From: Pseudovirgaria hyperparasitica
Taxonomy: Eukaryota
Assembly: GCA_010093815.1 (NCBI GenBank)
Contig: ML996575.1
DNA length: 64,000 nt
Direction: 5' to 3' (one strand)
The position numbers were made by a program, and so were the translations under genes. Below are positions 1 to 11,261 of the stretch, piece after piece. Each line of letters starts with the position of its first letter. The stretch's first letter is position 1. The notes under the pieces were generated by a model that saw only the letters and a list, made by a program, of their open reading frames with translations, was not told where the DNA came from and did no database searches.

Positions 1-860
1 ACCTGACCCTGACTGACTTTGGGCTCCTGCACGACGCCCCCAACTAGGACAACGCTCTCGACATCCAAATGCTCGGCCCAGTACACGAAAAACTCGGAAA
101 CATGAGCGTGTTCTGTCAGGACTCCCTGAATCGTCGAGACGCCCTGGCGGAAAACCAAGAAGACCAGCTTGGCGCTCATCTTACGGAGGTGATGGACACG
201 AGCTCTGAAGAAAACAGTCTTGCCCACATCGTTGGGTGTGAGAGTGGTGACATCGACCCTATCTTCGTGTTTCCATTCGCCTGCATAGATATTGGCACCC
301 TTGACACCATATTTTGCTCTTGCTTCAGCGCTCTCCTCAGTCTTTGCACGTTCCTCCATGTCTTTCCGTTTCTTTTCTGCTTGCTGTTGGGCTTCTTCTC
401 TGAGCTTTTTCCTCAACTCTTGGTGTTCTTGCTTTTCGTGCTTCTTTAATTGGTTCTTGCTCATGGGCTCACCATCGCGATTGAGGGGCAATTCGTCGGC
501 GGAGGAGTCGTCGGCGTCGCCAAGGCCAAGCTTCCCTTTCAAAGCGCGAATCGGACTGTGGGAGCCTAGACTGTTGCGAGAAAATGTGCCACTGCTTCGA
601 GGAAAGACACCACTGTTGCGTGGTGACTGGCCACGGTTAACGCCTCTGACAGGAGGCGAGGCAACACCTATTGGCGAGGCGCCATTAGGAGTTGCAGCCT
701 CTGGAGACTTGACTTGATCGGTAGAAGAGTGGATGATGCCAGATCTCACTGTTTCGTCGTCGCTGGCAGATTGGCTGTTGCTGCTGCTGCCACCAATCTT
801 GAGCTTGTTGAGGGCCTGCTTGAGCGAGCTCATGCGTTTCTGAGCCGCTGGTTCAGGCAT
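1..860 (-). CDS. 5' part of an aspartyl-tRNA synthetase-like protein with a long N-terminal extension, probably the ErdS (AspRS-DUF2156) paralog; truncated by the window edge
   Basis: Open frame from ATG at 860 (alternative ATG 833) to the left edge: MPEPAAQKRMSSLKQALNKLKI...SKNQLKKHEKQ...EESAEARAKYG...VFFRARVHHLRKMSAKLVFLVFRQGVSTIQGVL...VYWAEHLDVESVVLVGGVVQEPK. This is the AspRS anticodon-binding OB fold. Absent from the ORF track because there is no stop in the window. Confidence 0.85.
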   Translation of the reverse strand, partial: MPEPAAQKRMSSLKQALNKLKIGGSSSNSQSASDDETVRSGIIHSSTDQVKSPEAATPNGASPIGVASPPVRGVNRGQSPRNSGVFPRSSGTFSRNSLGSHSPIRALKGKLGLGDADDSSADELPLNRDGEPMSKNQLKKHEKQEHQELRKKLREEAQQQAEKKRKDMEERAKTEESAEARAKYGVKGANIYAGEWKHEDRVDVTTLTPNDVGKTVFFRARVHHLRKMSAKLVFLVFRQGVSTIQGVLTEHAHVSEFFVYWAEHLDVESVVLVGGVVQEPKVSQGQ

Positions 861-1919
861 GGTGAAGTATCCCAAGCTCTAGTGAGGAGTAACAAAGAAC
901 GAACAAAGACGGCAGACGCGTAGAGATGTTGGGTCATGCACCGATAGTATTGTTTGTGTATCCGGCTGGTGGGGCAAGTCTAAGAGGAAAGAAATGACGA
1001 GCGGAAGCTGGCTAGCGACAGAGGCTGGAGCTAGTAATGTACGCGATATACGGAATGGATACTAGCTGCAGGTTGAATGGTAAAGGCTGCCGAGTGGTAG
1101 CGTGTGTATGTATGTGTATGCGTATGCGTACGTAGGTGTATGTGTGGTATTATGGCCAATATTGAAGCGATGGAGACAACAGACAAGACGTGTGAAGGAT
1201 GCTAATAAGCAAGCAAAAGGACAAAACAGAGCGCGCAGTTTGTGCGTCTCCGTGCCCGAAGGAGGCGTCAAAGGCCGGGATAGCTCGGTGACTCGGTTGT
1301 TGACAAGGTTGAGTGGAGCGAGGTCAGATATCGATGGCAGCTGGGGTTGCTCATTATGACGTAACGTGCGTGTGCGTCTTTCAGCACTGGGCAGCAGCAG
1401 GTGAACACAAAGAAAGAATACAGATCTACAGAGTCACAGACACGCCCCCAACTCTTTCAATTTACAGTCACCAATTCATCGCATGAACATTATCATTATC
1501 GTGTATTGTGCCCTTGCAACCCGTGGCGTTCTCTCGCTGTTCCGCCAGCCGAGTGCCCAGCCGGTTGCCGGAAAAGCTTGCTGCTGCCCATGATCGCATT
1601 CCCTGAATCCCTGCGAAATGCCCGTTGTCAATAACATGGCATTCCTCCTGTACACCTCCACCGCCAAGCTAGCTAAGATCTAAATACAAATACTACTGCC
1701 TCTGCTGCCAAGGAGTCTTTGACTCAATACTTGTTATGCATTCTAAGAAGCCGTCCACATATCCTGGCTGGGATAGATAGATAGGGACGAAGCATCATAA
1801 GGTAATACATGTCATCTCCCGAGGTCGATAACCCTTGCGCTGAGTAAGCAAAGCCTCGTCACGGTTCGCTTCGGCAAGGACGACTCACGAGCGTGCCTTC
1901 CTTGACTAATCACCGCTAG

Positions 1920-2000
1920 CTACTACCAACTACAACTAACTACCACTGATATCACTACTATCACCGGCCACTATCACCACCACCACCACCGCCACCAACC
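1920..2000. repeat. Degenerate (ACT/ACC)n trinucleotide low-complexity tract
   Basis: ctactaccaactacaactaactaccact...caccaccaccaccgccacc seen directly. Confidence 0.7.
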
Positions 2001-2442
2001 TCGTCTCGACCGTCCATTTCAATTGCACGTACACAGTAGACGATATATAGCATTACTCATGCATCCAGACCTTCAGTTGCTCGTCTAGCCTTCTGATAGC
2101 CTCAAAGCTTCTTCACAACGATATGCAGGTCATTGGTCAGCATTGGGCATGATTAAATGTGCAGGTATGTATGCAAGTACGCGAGCAGGCATGCCGCACG
2201 TGTCCATGAGCTTGCTTCAATCTCTGACAGTAGCCTACTGCTATTACTGACATAAGCCAGTAATCCTCAAAAGTACTGTATCAACAATAAGCTCGGCAGC
2301 GACTATTCTTGCCACCCGGGCAAGGAGCAAGTGGCAGATGCCCTCACAGTCTAGCCGCATTCGGTCAGTATCAGATACAGGAATTTGATGTAAACAGCAG
2401 TCAGCAAATATCACGATGCATATATAGGTACAAACAACACTC

Positions 2443-4077
2443 CTAATTTATCATCACATCAAACCCACCCCAATCATCAAACTCATCCGCAAACTTCAGA
2501 GCGGCCTTGAGATAGAACTGCTCCTCCTCATCACCACCCCACGTCTCAGCCGCAACCTTCATCGCTCGCAGTGCTATACAGACGCACAACAAATGTCAGT
2601 CCTAACTCTCTCATATAGAACACAAACTTCAAGAAAAACAAAGAGAAGACAAAAAGCTCACCTTTGACAAAATGCGCATCCGCACTCCACGCACTCCCTA
2701 ATGCCTCCTTCTGCACATGGCCCCATCCCCTCCCTGCAACATCCACCTCCGCGATCCGCTCCATCTCAACCCCAGGCCTCATCTGCGCCACATACACCGC
2801 GAGCACAAATAGCCACCATTGCCGCACAAGCACCACATGCCACCGCGCCGGTACAACCCCTAGCAACACCCGCACCGCATGGCTGCTCGTCAACAAGTGA
2901 CACAAGAAGAAATCAAACCTCTGGCCGTGTGTTCGACTCGCGACCAGTAACCCCATAGCTGCCCTCTGCGCACGCTCAAACGCCCCCCGCGCACCATCTA
3001 CATCCGCACCTGCATCAGCATCAGTCGCTGCCGTCCACGTCCACGCATTCCAGTGCTCCAACAGCGCCTCTTCCGCCTGCTCGAACACAACATCCACATT
3101 CTTTGGCTTACGTGAATCGAAAAGGCCATCGAAGCGCGCATCTGTGCGCACCCGCGCGAGGATGACAAGGGGGTCGGCGGACGGGTTGGCGGGCGGCTGC
3201 GTGTATGCCGGGTCGTCGAGGTACTTGGCGTGCGCAGGCGTATAGAAACATGTGCCGAGAGCGAGGGCTTCGATGGCGAGGGTGGAGCTGGAGAGTTCGT
3301 ATGCGTATGCAAGGTGGATTAATGGATGGCCGACTGCGTGGTAGGTTGCATGTGTCAGTATATGTATATATATCTAGTGTGTCGCGTGTCTTGGTTGCTA
3401 TGATAGAGAAAAGGAGAGAGGGAGTGCGTACGGCCGCTGACGAGCATTTCGTGAATTAGTGGCGCGGGCCCGGCGAAGAGGAAGTCAGAGAGCAATTGAT
3501 GCCAGTCGTAGCCGTTGAGCACAAGTTGGTCCTCGAAGAAGTCGATGAAGGCGCGCTGATACCTAGTTCGAGTATTGTGAGAATTGCATGTTTCTAAACA
3601 GGCTCTTGACAGGTCTGAACTATGCTATCAGTACATACTCTCGCTTGCCTAGAAAATCCCGCCAGTCCGACAGCGAAATCTCGCCTGGTGACTCTTGCCA
3701 TGGCTCGAGATTCTTCGTCTCCTTTTCGTATATCTCATGGAGATGCTCGGATGTGCCTCCTAGACAGAACGCCGATCCGAGAATCTAGTGGCCCTTTTTA
3801 TCAGAAACATTTCGCTCATGCCTAAAATCTAAAACTACGTTGCCCAACTCACATGAGGTGTGTGGTTATGGAATCGGAGCTCGTTGTATATTATCGAGTG
3901 GTTGGCATGATTGGCTTTGATCAGGTGCTTCAGCGTACGCATCCGCTTCTCCGTTCCCGTTTCCGTGTCGAAGATTTGCACACTTGGTATGTCAATGGCC
4001 TCTGGCCGTGCTCCCCAGCCGAAGCTGCTGAGCGTCGGCAACTTATTTGCAAGCTTTGTGAAGTGTGATGAGAACAT
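2443..4077 (-). CDS. Questin oxidase / HypA-like (DUF4243, MGS207-type) oxidoreductase, 5 exons
   Basis: Spliced translation contains LKHLIKANHANHSIIYNELRFHNHTPH, YQRAFIDFFEDQLV, SGLGHPLIHLAYAYEL, FDFFLCHLLTSSHAVRVLL and DAHFVKALRAMK, ending DDWGGFDVMIN* at 2443. Four GT-AG introns restore the frame. Confidence 0.85.
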
Positions 4078-4431
4078 GCTCCATCAACCGGCTTGTGTGT
4101 TGAGGTGTTTCGTTTGGTTTGACTGGAAGAATGATGCTATGGGAGGTGGGGACGCTAAGCTAGACTTCATTTGGTCGTGCAGCCATCCATGCAAGTAACC
4201 TCACTGGTCCGTGACAATCATACAGGTTATCATGGCACAAAGTACGTCATGGAGAGTATACCATGTTTCTCTACCTAAATCTCGAAAAAGTTTCTGCTAC
4301 TCCAGACACTCGCTAATCCCGCGTGAGAATAACACATTACCCCCTGGTGCATAGACCGAGCTCCAAATCGGCGTCCACACCAGATTTTGCCCGGAAGAGA
4401 GACAGCCGGGGTATTTAACAATATCAGGTTA

Positions 4432-6247
4432 CTAGTACTCGCCCTCCTCACCACCTTCCTCAAGGCTGTCAGAGGCCACCTCCTCGTAATCTTTCTCGAG
4501 AGCAGCAAGATCCTCACGAGCCTCGGAGAATTCACCTTCCTCCATACCTTCTCCAACGTACCAGTGAACGAAGGCACGCTTGCTGTACATGAGGTCGAAC
4601 TTGTGGTCAAGACGAGACCAGGCTTCGGCAATAGCGGTTGTGTTGCTAAGCATAGACACACTACGGTCGACAGCGGCAAGCTCGCTGCCGGGAACAGCCA
4701 TTGGCTTACTAGTAAGATGTCAGTACGGAGCATGGAAATAATGCCGAACTGCTTACGTGTAATTGATACCGAGCTTGAAACCAGTTGGGCACCACTCAAC
4801 AAGGTTAAATGAGGCCTTAGCCTTCAGAGCAGCAACAGCAGCGTTGCAATCACGTGGGACTACATCACCGCGGTACAGTAGAGCGACAGCCATATACTTG
4901 CCGTTGCGGGGGTCGCAGACCACCATCTGGTTGTTTGGCTCGAAACCTTGTGATAGTCAGCTTTCACTATACCCATGAGGATCCTGCCTTTCAATTACGT
5001 ACATTGGAAGGTAAGATCATGGACCTTAAAGCTCTCGTGGGTGCTCTTCTGGCTGGAGATGACAGGTGCGTAGCTGATGAGCGGGTAGTGAATACGCGGG
5101 TACGGTACCAAATTGGTCTGGAACTCGTTCAAATCAACGTTGAGAGCACCATCGAAACGCAGAGATGAAGTAATGGAGCTGACGACCTGAGCAATGAGTC
5201 GATTGAGGTGCTCGTAGCTGGGACGGGTAATGTCTAGGCTGCGACGGCAGATATCGTAGACAGCCTCATTGTCGACGAGGAACGTGCAGTCGGAGTTCTC
5301 AATGGTACTGTGGGTGGACAGAACGGCATTGTAAGGCTCGACTACGGCGGTAGACACACGGGGAGCCGGGTAAACTGCAAACTCAAGCTTGCACTTCTTC
5401 CCGTAGTCAGTCGACAGGCGCTCCAGGAGAAGGGCGCCGAAACCGGAACCGGTACCTCCACCAAACGAGTGAAAGATGAGGAAGCCCTGGAGGGAGGAGC
5501 AGTTGTCTGTGTAGACATTAGCTTCATTGACGACTCTCAGTCGGCTTGGCAGCTTACCAGCAACGCGACGGATGCGGTCGATAACGCTGTCGACAAGCTC
5601 CTTTCCAATTGTGTAGTGGCCACGAGCATCTGTACGTCCCTTAGCATCTTGCCTTTCCAGCCCTTCATTGTAGCATACAGTTGTTTGCAGCATCTTCCTT
5701 GCCGCTGATCAAAAGCTCAGGGTGAAACAATTGGCGGTAGGCGCCGGTGCGAATCTCATCAATAGGCTATCCATGTTCAGTGGTGATCGTTGCTTCGAAG
5801 CATTGCAGGACGCAAACGTACCGATGGGTCCAAGTCGACGAAGATTGAACGAGGGACGTATTTTCCGCTTCCAGTCTCGGTAAAGAATGTCTCATACGAT
5901 CCAGGATCGACGGTATCCTTCTTCTCGGGATCTGGGCGACCATCCTGCTTGAGGCCGTGCTCGAGGAGGTACCTGAGGACTTGGGCATCAGTAATTGTAT
6001 CTCAGAACGTTCGTAGCGAGGGTTTGAGACGATTGTAGGTGTATCTTAGGGCGTCTTACAGCTCCCAGGCGCTGTTACCAAGCTGGGTACCAGCCTGGCC
6101 GATGTGAAGGTGGCAGATCTAGAATTGAGGAGGATTGTGTTAGCGATGGGATTCGGAGATTGTAGTCAGGGGCTGTCTGGAAGCTTCGCCATGCATCAAG
6201 ACGCGTCGATATTGAAGCAATTGGGGGTTACACACCTCTCCTCTCAT
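4432..6247 (-). CDS. tubB: Alpha-tubulin, alpha-2/TubB type, multi-exon
   Basis: Starts [24 protein letters not shown], the TubB-type N-terminus. Contains KEDAANNYARGHYT, GGGTGSG and [11 protein letters not shown], and ends [20 protein letters not shown]...EEGEY*. Confidence 0.96.
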
Positions 6248-6878
6248 GATGGACAGCCGGTGTGACTTTGGAGCAAGGAATTGGTTCTCGATAGAAGTTC
6301 AGGAGTGCAGCTGAGCTGGTCAATGTCGAGGCTGAAGAGCGGTGTGGATATTGGCGCCGTCCCTAAGATGTGGGGTTGTTGTGTTTTGGTCCCACTAGAT
6401 CACGTGTCCCCCACAAAACATCCACAAGAAGTTCTCGAGATAGAGCATCACGACAAGTGTTATTATAACACTACATCATTAACTCACTGAAGTACGTTGT
6501 TGAATGCAACGGTACACAACGCAAAATTTGACCATCGGTACTCGAAGTGGAAGCCTCCGTGATGTACCACCGCCACCACGCTAAAGCTCTCAAAAGAAGC
6601 CGATAAAGGTGGATGTGAAAGTAGAAGTGCATAATTCTCGACGCAAAAGCTAGCAGCCAGCACTTCTCAGATGATGTATCTTCAGTGATACCTGCTGTTT
6701 GATGAAGCACGCGTCCATCATACCAATGTTTCCCGCCCCCTCATCTCGTCTGCGACTTAAAGAATGCTTGATACACACATGTTTCCATTAGGACATACTG
6801 TTGACTTCCTCTAGCTGTTTCACAAGCTGGCTCACGGTCGTGCCGTCATCTTGGTACTCTCCCCATTGATTTTGCTGG

Positions 6879-7992
6879 CTAATGAGCCACTGAAGCCGTC
6901 TCATTCTTGCGCGCCAAGCTTTGGGCATGTGCTTGTCAAGTATCAACATCAGCAAGTCTTTCAGAGAGATGCAGGACGTAACATACCAGCAGGACCTCCT
7001 GCCTCGAGGGTCCCATGTGCGCGAGCTTCATAGTGGGCGAGCTTGGCAGCATCACTCTTTGTAACACTGGATGGATCATGCTCCTCCTTTTCCTCGATCT
7101 CGTGCTTGACTCTCTCAAAATTTGCCTCTCGATCCTCGAACGATTTCTCAAATCTGTGACGGGAGTCGACAATTGATTGGAGCTTGGCTGTCTCTCCACC
7201 CTTCTCGATATGGCCATGGGCTTGAGTCTCGAGCTTGGCCAAGATTTTTACATCTTCAAGTGTTACCCTTTCCAAGTCGTGCTGGACCTCACGGACTTTG
7301 TCAAAGTAGGGCTCTTCAGCAGATGTAAGAATCGATTCGACAGGCAAATCTCCCTTCGGAACACACTTCATCTTCTCACACGATGAACAAGGAGCATCGC
7401 AAGGGCGTTCACTAATTAGCGCCACATCGACCTTCGAGACATGCTGCTTATTGCTAGCATCCGCATCGACAGGAGCGTTTGGAACATCATCCACACAAAC
7501 TGATCTGGCCACCACAGCACCCAGTGCCTTGGCTGTCTCTTCCAGAATCTCAATTTCCTTGACAGACTCTTTCAACTTCTCTCCGGACTTCATGATACGC
7601 AGCGCCAGGTCCGAAACCATTGCAGGAGTCATGACAGGTCCATTGGCTTCGAGCTCGGCAATGTCATCTGTGCTCCACATGATCTCTCGATCCTTGACAG
7701 AGTGGGGTACGGTGTCTTTGAGAGTATTCTTCTTCCATGGGCATCCTAGGCCTGGTTTGGAATATACTGGGGGCTTGTACTCAGCATAGGTATCCGGGAC
7801 AGCACTGTCGACCTCCCGATCAAGCGGGTTGAGATTCTCCGAAAGATTGGGCTCGACCTGGGTCTCGTTGCCAGAATCATCATCTATCTCGTGCACTACC
7901 ACTTTGATGCCTTGGGAGACCTTGGGCTCGGCCTTGAAGTCATGGCCAACATCAACGCTGGTTTCTGATACCAGTGGGAGGAAAGAGCTCAT
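6879..7992 (-). CDS. Hydrophilic protein with C-terminal LEA / seed-maturation-protein-like repeats, 2 exons
   Basis: 343-codon ORF plus an intron (GTATGT...GCTGAT...AAG) giving ...GGPAAHAQSLARKNETASVAH*. Two repeats of the VTxxDxxxLxxxExxAHG.EKGG..A..QS type resemble fungal LEA/SMP domains. Confidence 0.65.
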
Positions 7993-9575
7993 GTTTGCTG
8001 TAAGGAGAAATCAGAGACTTTGTTTCTTATATTGAAGAAAATCAACGAGGTTGAATGGAGTAAAACAAAGTTGGAAGCAGACGTGCGCGGTGGTAAGTTG
8101 TTGAGGCCGAGAAGAGACTATGGCACGAGTGGACTGTTTATATGGCTTCGTTCATGGTGACTACCGCAACAGCGCTTCGTCACTGCCGTCCCGGCTCGAA
8201 ATATACCAGGAGCTGCCTTCCTTCCAAATCGTCTGTTGAAATGCCCTTCCGATCGATTGACAATAGCAGCGGAGAGGAACAAAACTGCGAGTACAGCAGT
8301 ATCAAACCCGATACCCATGCTCATCTGTAAACTATGCACCAGAGAGGAGTAACGCAAGAGTCAGTCGAACAACGACGTATATAGCACTAGCAGATAAAAA
8401 TGACTTGGAGGACAAAAGAAACTCTACGGTAAAAGTGAGTTTCGAAGTTGCCATATAAGGATTGAAAGTGGATCAGGGCCATAAATTGGTGGTATCTGTA
8501 GATCTCGTGGCCCAAGTGCCATTTCTCACCTCGCCAGGAAGACACCTACATCGTCCATTCTAGATTCAGAAGTTTGTCTTCATTACCAAGATTGTAACGG
8601 CTGAAAATTCGACCTGCTCCACTACTTTGGTAGGTCCTTAGTATTCCGTAATATGGTCTCTAGTCCAGGTCCGTTCATAGTCACTCTGACACTGCATTGT
8701 GCCTGTTTACGCTTTAGCTATCTACAACTGAGAAGATACAAGCACATTCTATAAGCATGGCCACTCCAACAATAGGAGCAATACAAAGACGTAATGGTGA
8801 TATGTGGCAAAGATGTCATCTCAGACGGCCTTGAGGACACACAGGCAACGTATGATGGGTCAGTTGTCGCCTAAGGGAGGTGAGAAGTGAGAATGTGTGG
8901 AAAGCTAAGCTTCTAACCAAAAGAAATGACAGGCTCTCATCATGTATCTAAATAGAAGAATGCCCGTGCAATGTGGTATCTGAATTTGAAGTCCCGCTCA
9001 CAAGTTTTGTTCATTCAGATGGTGGCCTGCCATACTTATGGCCTTGAAAGTCGTCCAAATCGTCCTCACCAGAGAGAACACTACAATGGAACATTTCGTT
9101 CGCATCGAACGAGAGTTTTAAATGATTTGCTTCTGGTGATTTCATTGATTCAATGGCCTCGGAGCGTTCAGGGTATGTATGGTATGTTCAAGTAGTATTG
9201 GGGATCTAAGGTAGGTCCCAACACCCATCATAGCTCCTGAGGAGTATGATCTTTACGATTACCACAGCAACCGAGAAAGCACCGAACAAACCACTGTATG
9301 CTGCGTTATATTCCATAAAGTGAAGGAGGCTATCAAGGATGATGTGCTGTCAAGCAGGAGTAAGTACAGAGACAGAAAGGGTAGTGGCACCTCCAAGAAC
9401 CTGGCAATCGAAACTCCATACCTATGCCTCCCAAGGTAACTCCCATTGTCAACAACTTAGAGCAATGCACACGCCTATTTTGCTCTACGTCCAAATTTCC
9501 AAATCGTCGATTTCTCAAGAATTGACTCCTACGTCCACTGCTCCAAGGCCAGATCTTAGACCGGGAATACTACTT

Positions 9576-10727
9576 TCAACGTGTCTGCAGTCGCTGACAC
9601 AATCGCACCTTCTCAATGAATTGCTCAATCTTGCTCTTCAAGTCCTTTGCATTTTCCCGTACCTTGCCATGAAAGCCTCTCAATGCCATGAACGACACCG
9701 ACTCTGTTCGTTCTGTCCCGAAATGTAGACTGCTTTCGAGATTGGTCATTGACCACGCAGTCATATTTTGATCATCTCGCAGCTTTTGGAGCAGATCCGT
9801 TCCCCTCATGGCCTTTCCAAACTTTCTCGACCACCTACCAGACACGCTACCAGAAGCCCCTTTCTTGCCCGATGCCTGCCCGTCTTCGAGCTTCCTCACC
9901 ACCTCACTGATTTCCTTCTCCAACGAATGAATAATATTGTATGTTTCTCCTAGCACCTCGTTTGAGTAATCCACCGTCTGCCTGAGCTTCTGTATCTCGG
10001 CGTCGCTGCGGCGCATATATAGGCGCAGCATATCGATATCCGCATGAAGAGATCCGATGAGCGCATTGGCGAGCGTGAGCGTGTGCTCAAGTTCGATACA
10101 GCAGCTAGATGTCGAGTCGAGCGAAGATGTCGGTCCACGTTCGTGGTATTCAGATGTGGCGTCAGAGAAGGTAATAGTACTGCTTGGTCTACTTAGGATG
10201 AGAGGTGAAGCTTGTGACAGGCCGTGGTATATTGCGTCCGTGCATGGGTCACGCTGGTGTGTCGTATCATCACAGTCGAGCTCGACCTCATCCCTGGATT
10301 TATTGTTCGATTCATACTGGCTTGCTGTAGAAGACTCAAGGGCCGCCGAAGGCGGCATTTCCGACTTTTCTGCGACTTGATCCAACTCCAGGGAGCTCGA
10401 TGCTGCTTCGGCAGCAATGTCTTGATCGCGGTAGCCACCGACTCTCGCAGAGATTCTCCTCAACTTTGGCCTCTCTGTTATGGTCTCGTCTTCCGTGAAC
10501 GAAACTTTCGTTTTGGGACTGATTTCCCCATTGCTAGTGAGAGCAAGGTGGTACAGCTCGGCATACCGTCTTGCAGCACCTACGCTCGGATTGCCCAAGC
10601 TGTCATCAATAGGACTGTAACGGAATGTTTCAACATGCCGCAGGTCAGACGAAGTAGATGAGGCCGGGAATGAAAAAGTGGATAAGGCAAGTAGTGGTAT
10701 TTCGGGAGACCTATCGGGAATCATCAT
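9576..10727 (-). CDS. Hypothetical protein: Ser-rich disordered N-half and predicted coiled-coil C-half
   Basis: 383-aa uninterrupted ORF with a heptad-like stretch LEHTLTLANALIGSLHADIDML...IQKLRQ...LEKEISEVVRKLED. No family recognised; start uncertain. Confidence 0.6.
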   Translation of the reverse strand: MMIPDRSPEIPLLALSTFSFPASSTSSDLRHVETFRYSPIDDSLGNPSVGAARRYAELYHLALTSNGEISPKTKVSFTEDETITERPKLRRISARVGGYRDQDIAAEAASSSLELDQVAEKSEMPPSAALESSTASQYESNNKSRDEVELDCDDTTHQRDPCTDAIYHGLSQASPLILSRPSSTITFSDATSEYHERGPTSSLDSTSSCCIELEHTLTLANALIGSLHADIDMLRLYMRRSDAEIQKLRQTVDYSNEVLGETYNIIHSLEKEISEVVRKLEDGQASGKKGASGSVSGRWSRKFGKAMRGTDLLQKLRDDQNMTAWSMTNLESSLHFGTERTESVSFMALRGFHGKVRENAKDLKSKIEQFIEKVRLCQRLQTR

Positions 10728-11261
10728 CCTAACGATAAGCCGAAATTTTGCGTACTCGCGCGAGTTGGAGAAGTAAGTTCAGGACATTTGAATGGTACAG
10801 TTTTATGGAGACCCATATTGTAGTCAGTTGTGGTGGGTGCCTATTGTATTAGTGAATAGAAAGAAGAGGTCTTGTCTGTTACAGAGATCAACATTTGCAG
10901 TGCGGATGTGTCCTCGGCGCGTGAACGTCGAGTGAATAAGTGCGAACATTGTTGTCACGGGTAACGAGGTCGAATTTGGACAACAAGGAAATGCATTTGC
11001 AAGATAAATACACGGCCAAAGCCATCGCATCTAGCTAGTTACTACTGCCAAGCAACATAGAGAGTCGCACGCTCGTACAGTAGAGTGAGATTTAGTCAAG
11101 GATCAGGATCTGAAGAAAGATCGTTTCCGCAGGTATCGGCAGCTCCCTCTAACATGCGCTTTGGAGAGAGGGATGTTCTATATTACATCTAAGGTATTGG
11201 TAAGCTTCGGCACAATACATGTCATACACGAAACATACTCCTATAGTTTTCTTTCGGAAAT

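Noticed and set aside
69..923. Plus-strand ORFs of 126, 141 and 69 aa
   Set aside because: Antisense shadows of the AspRS-like gene on the minus strand.
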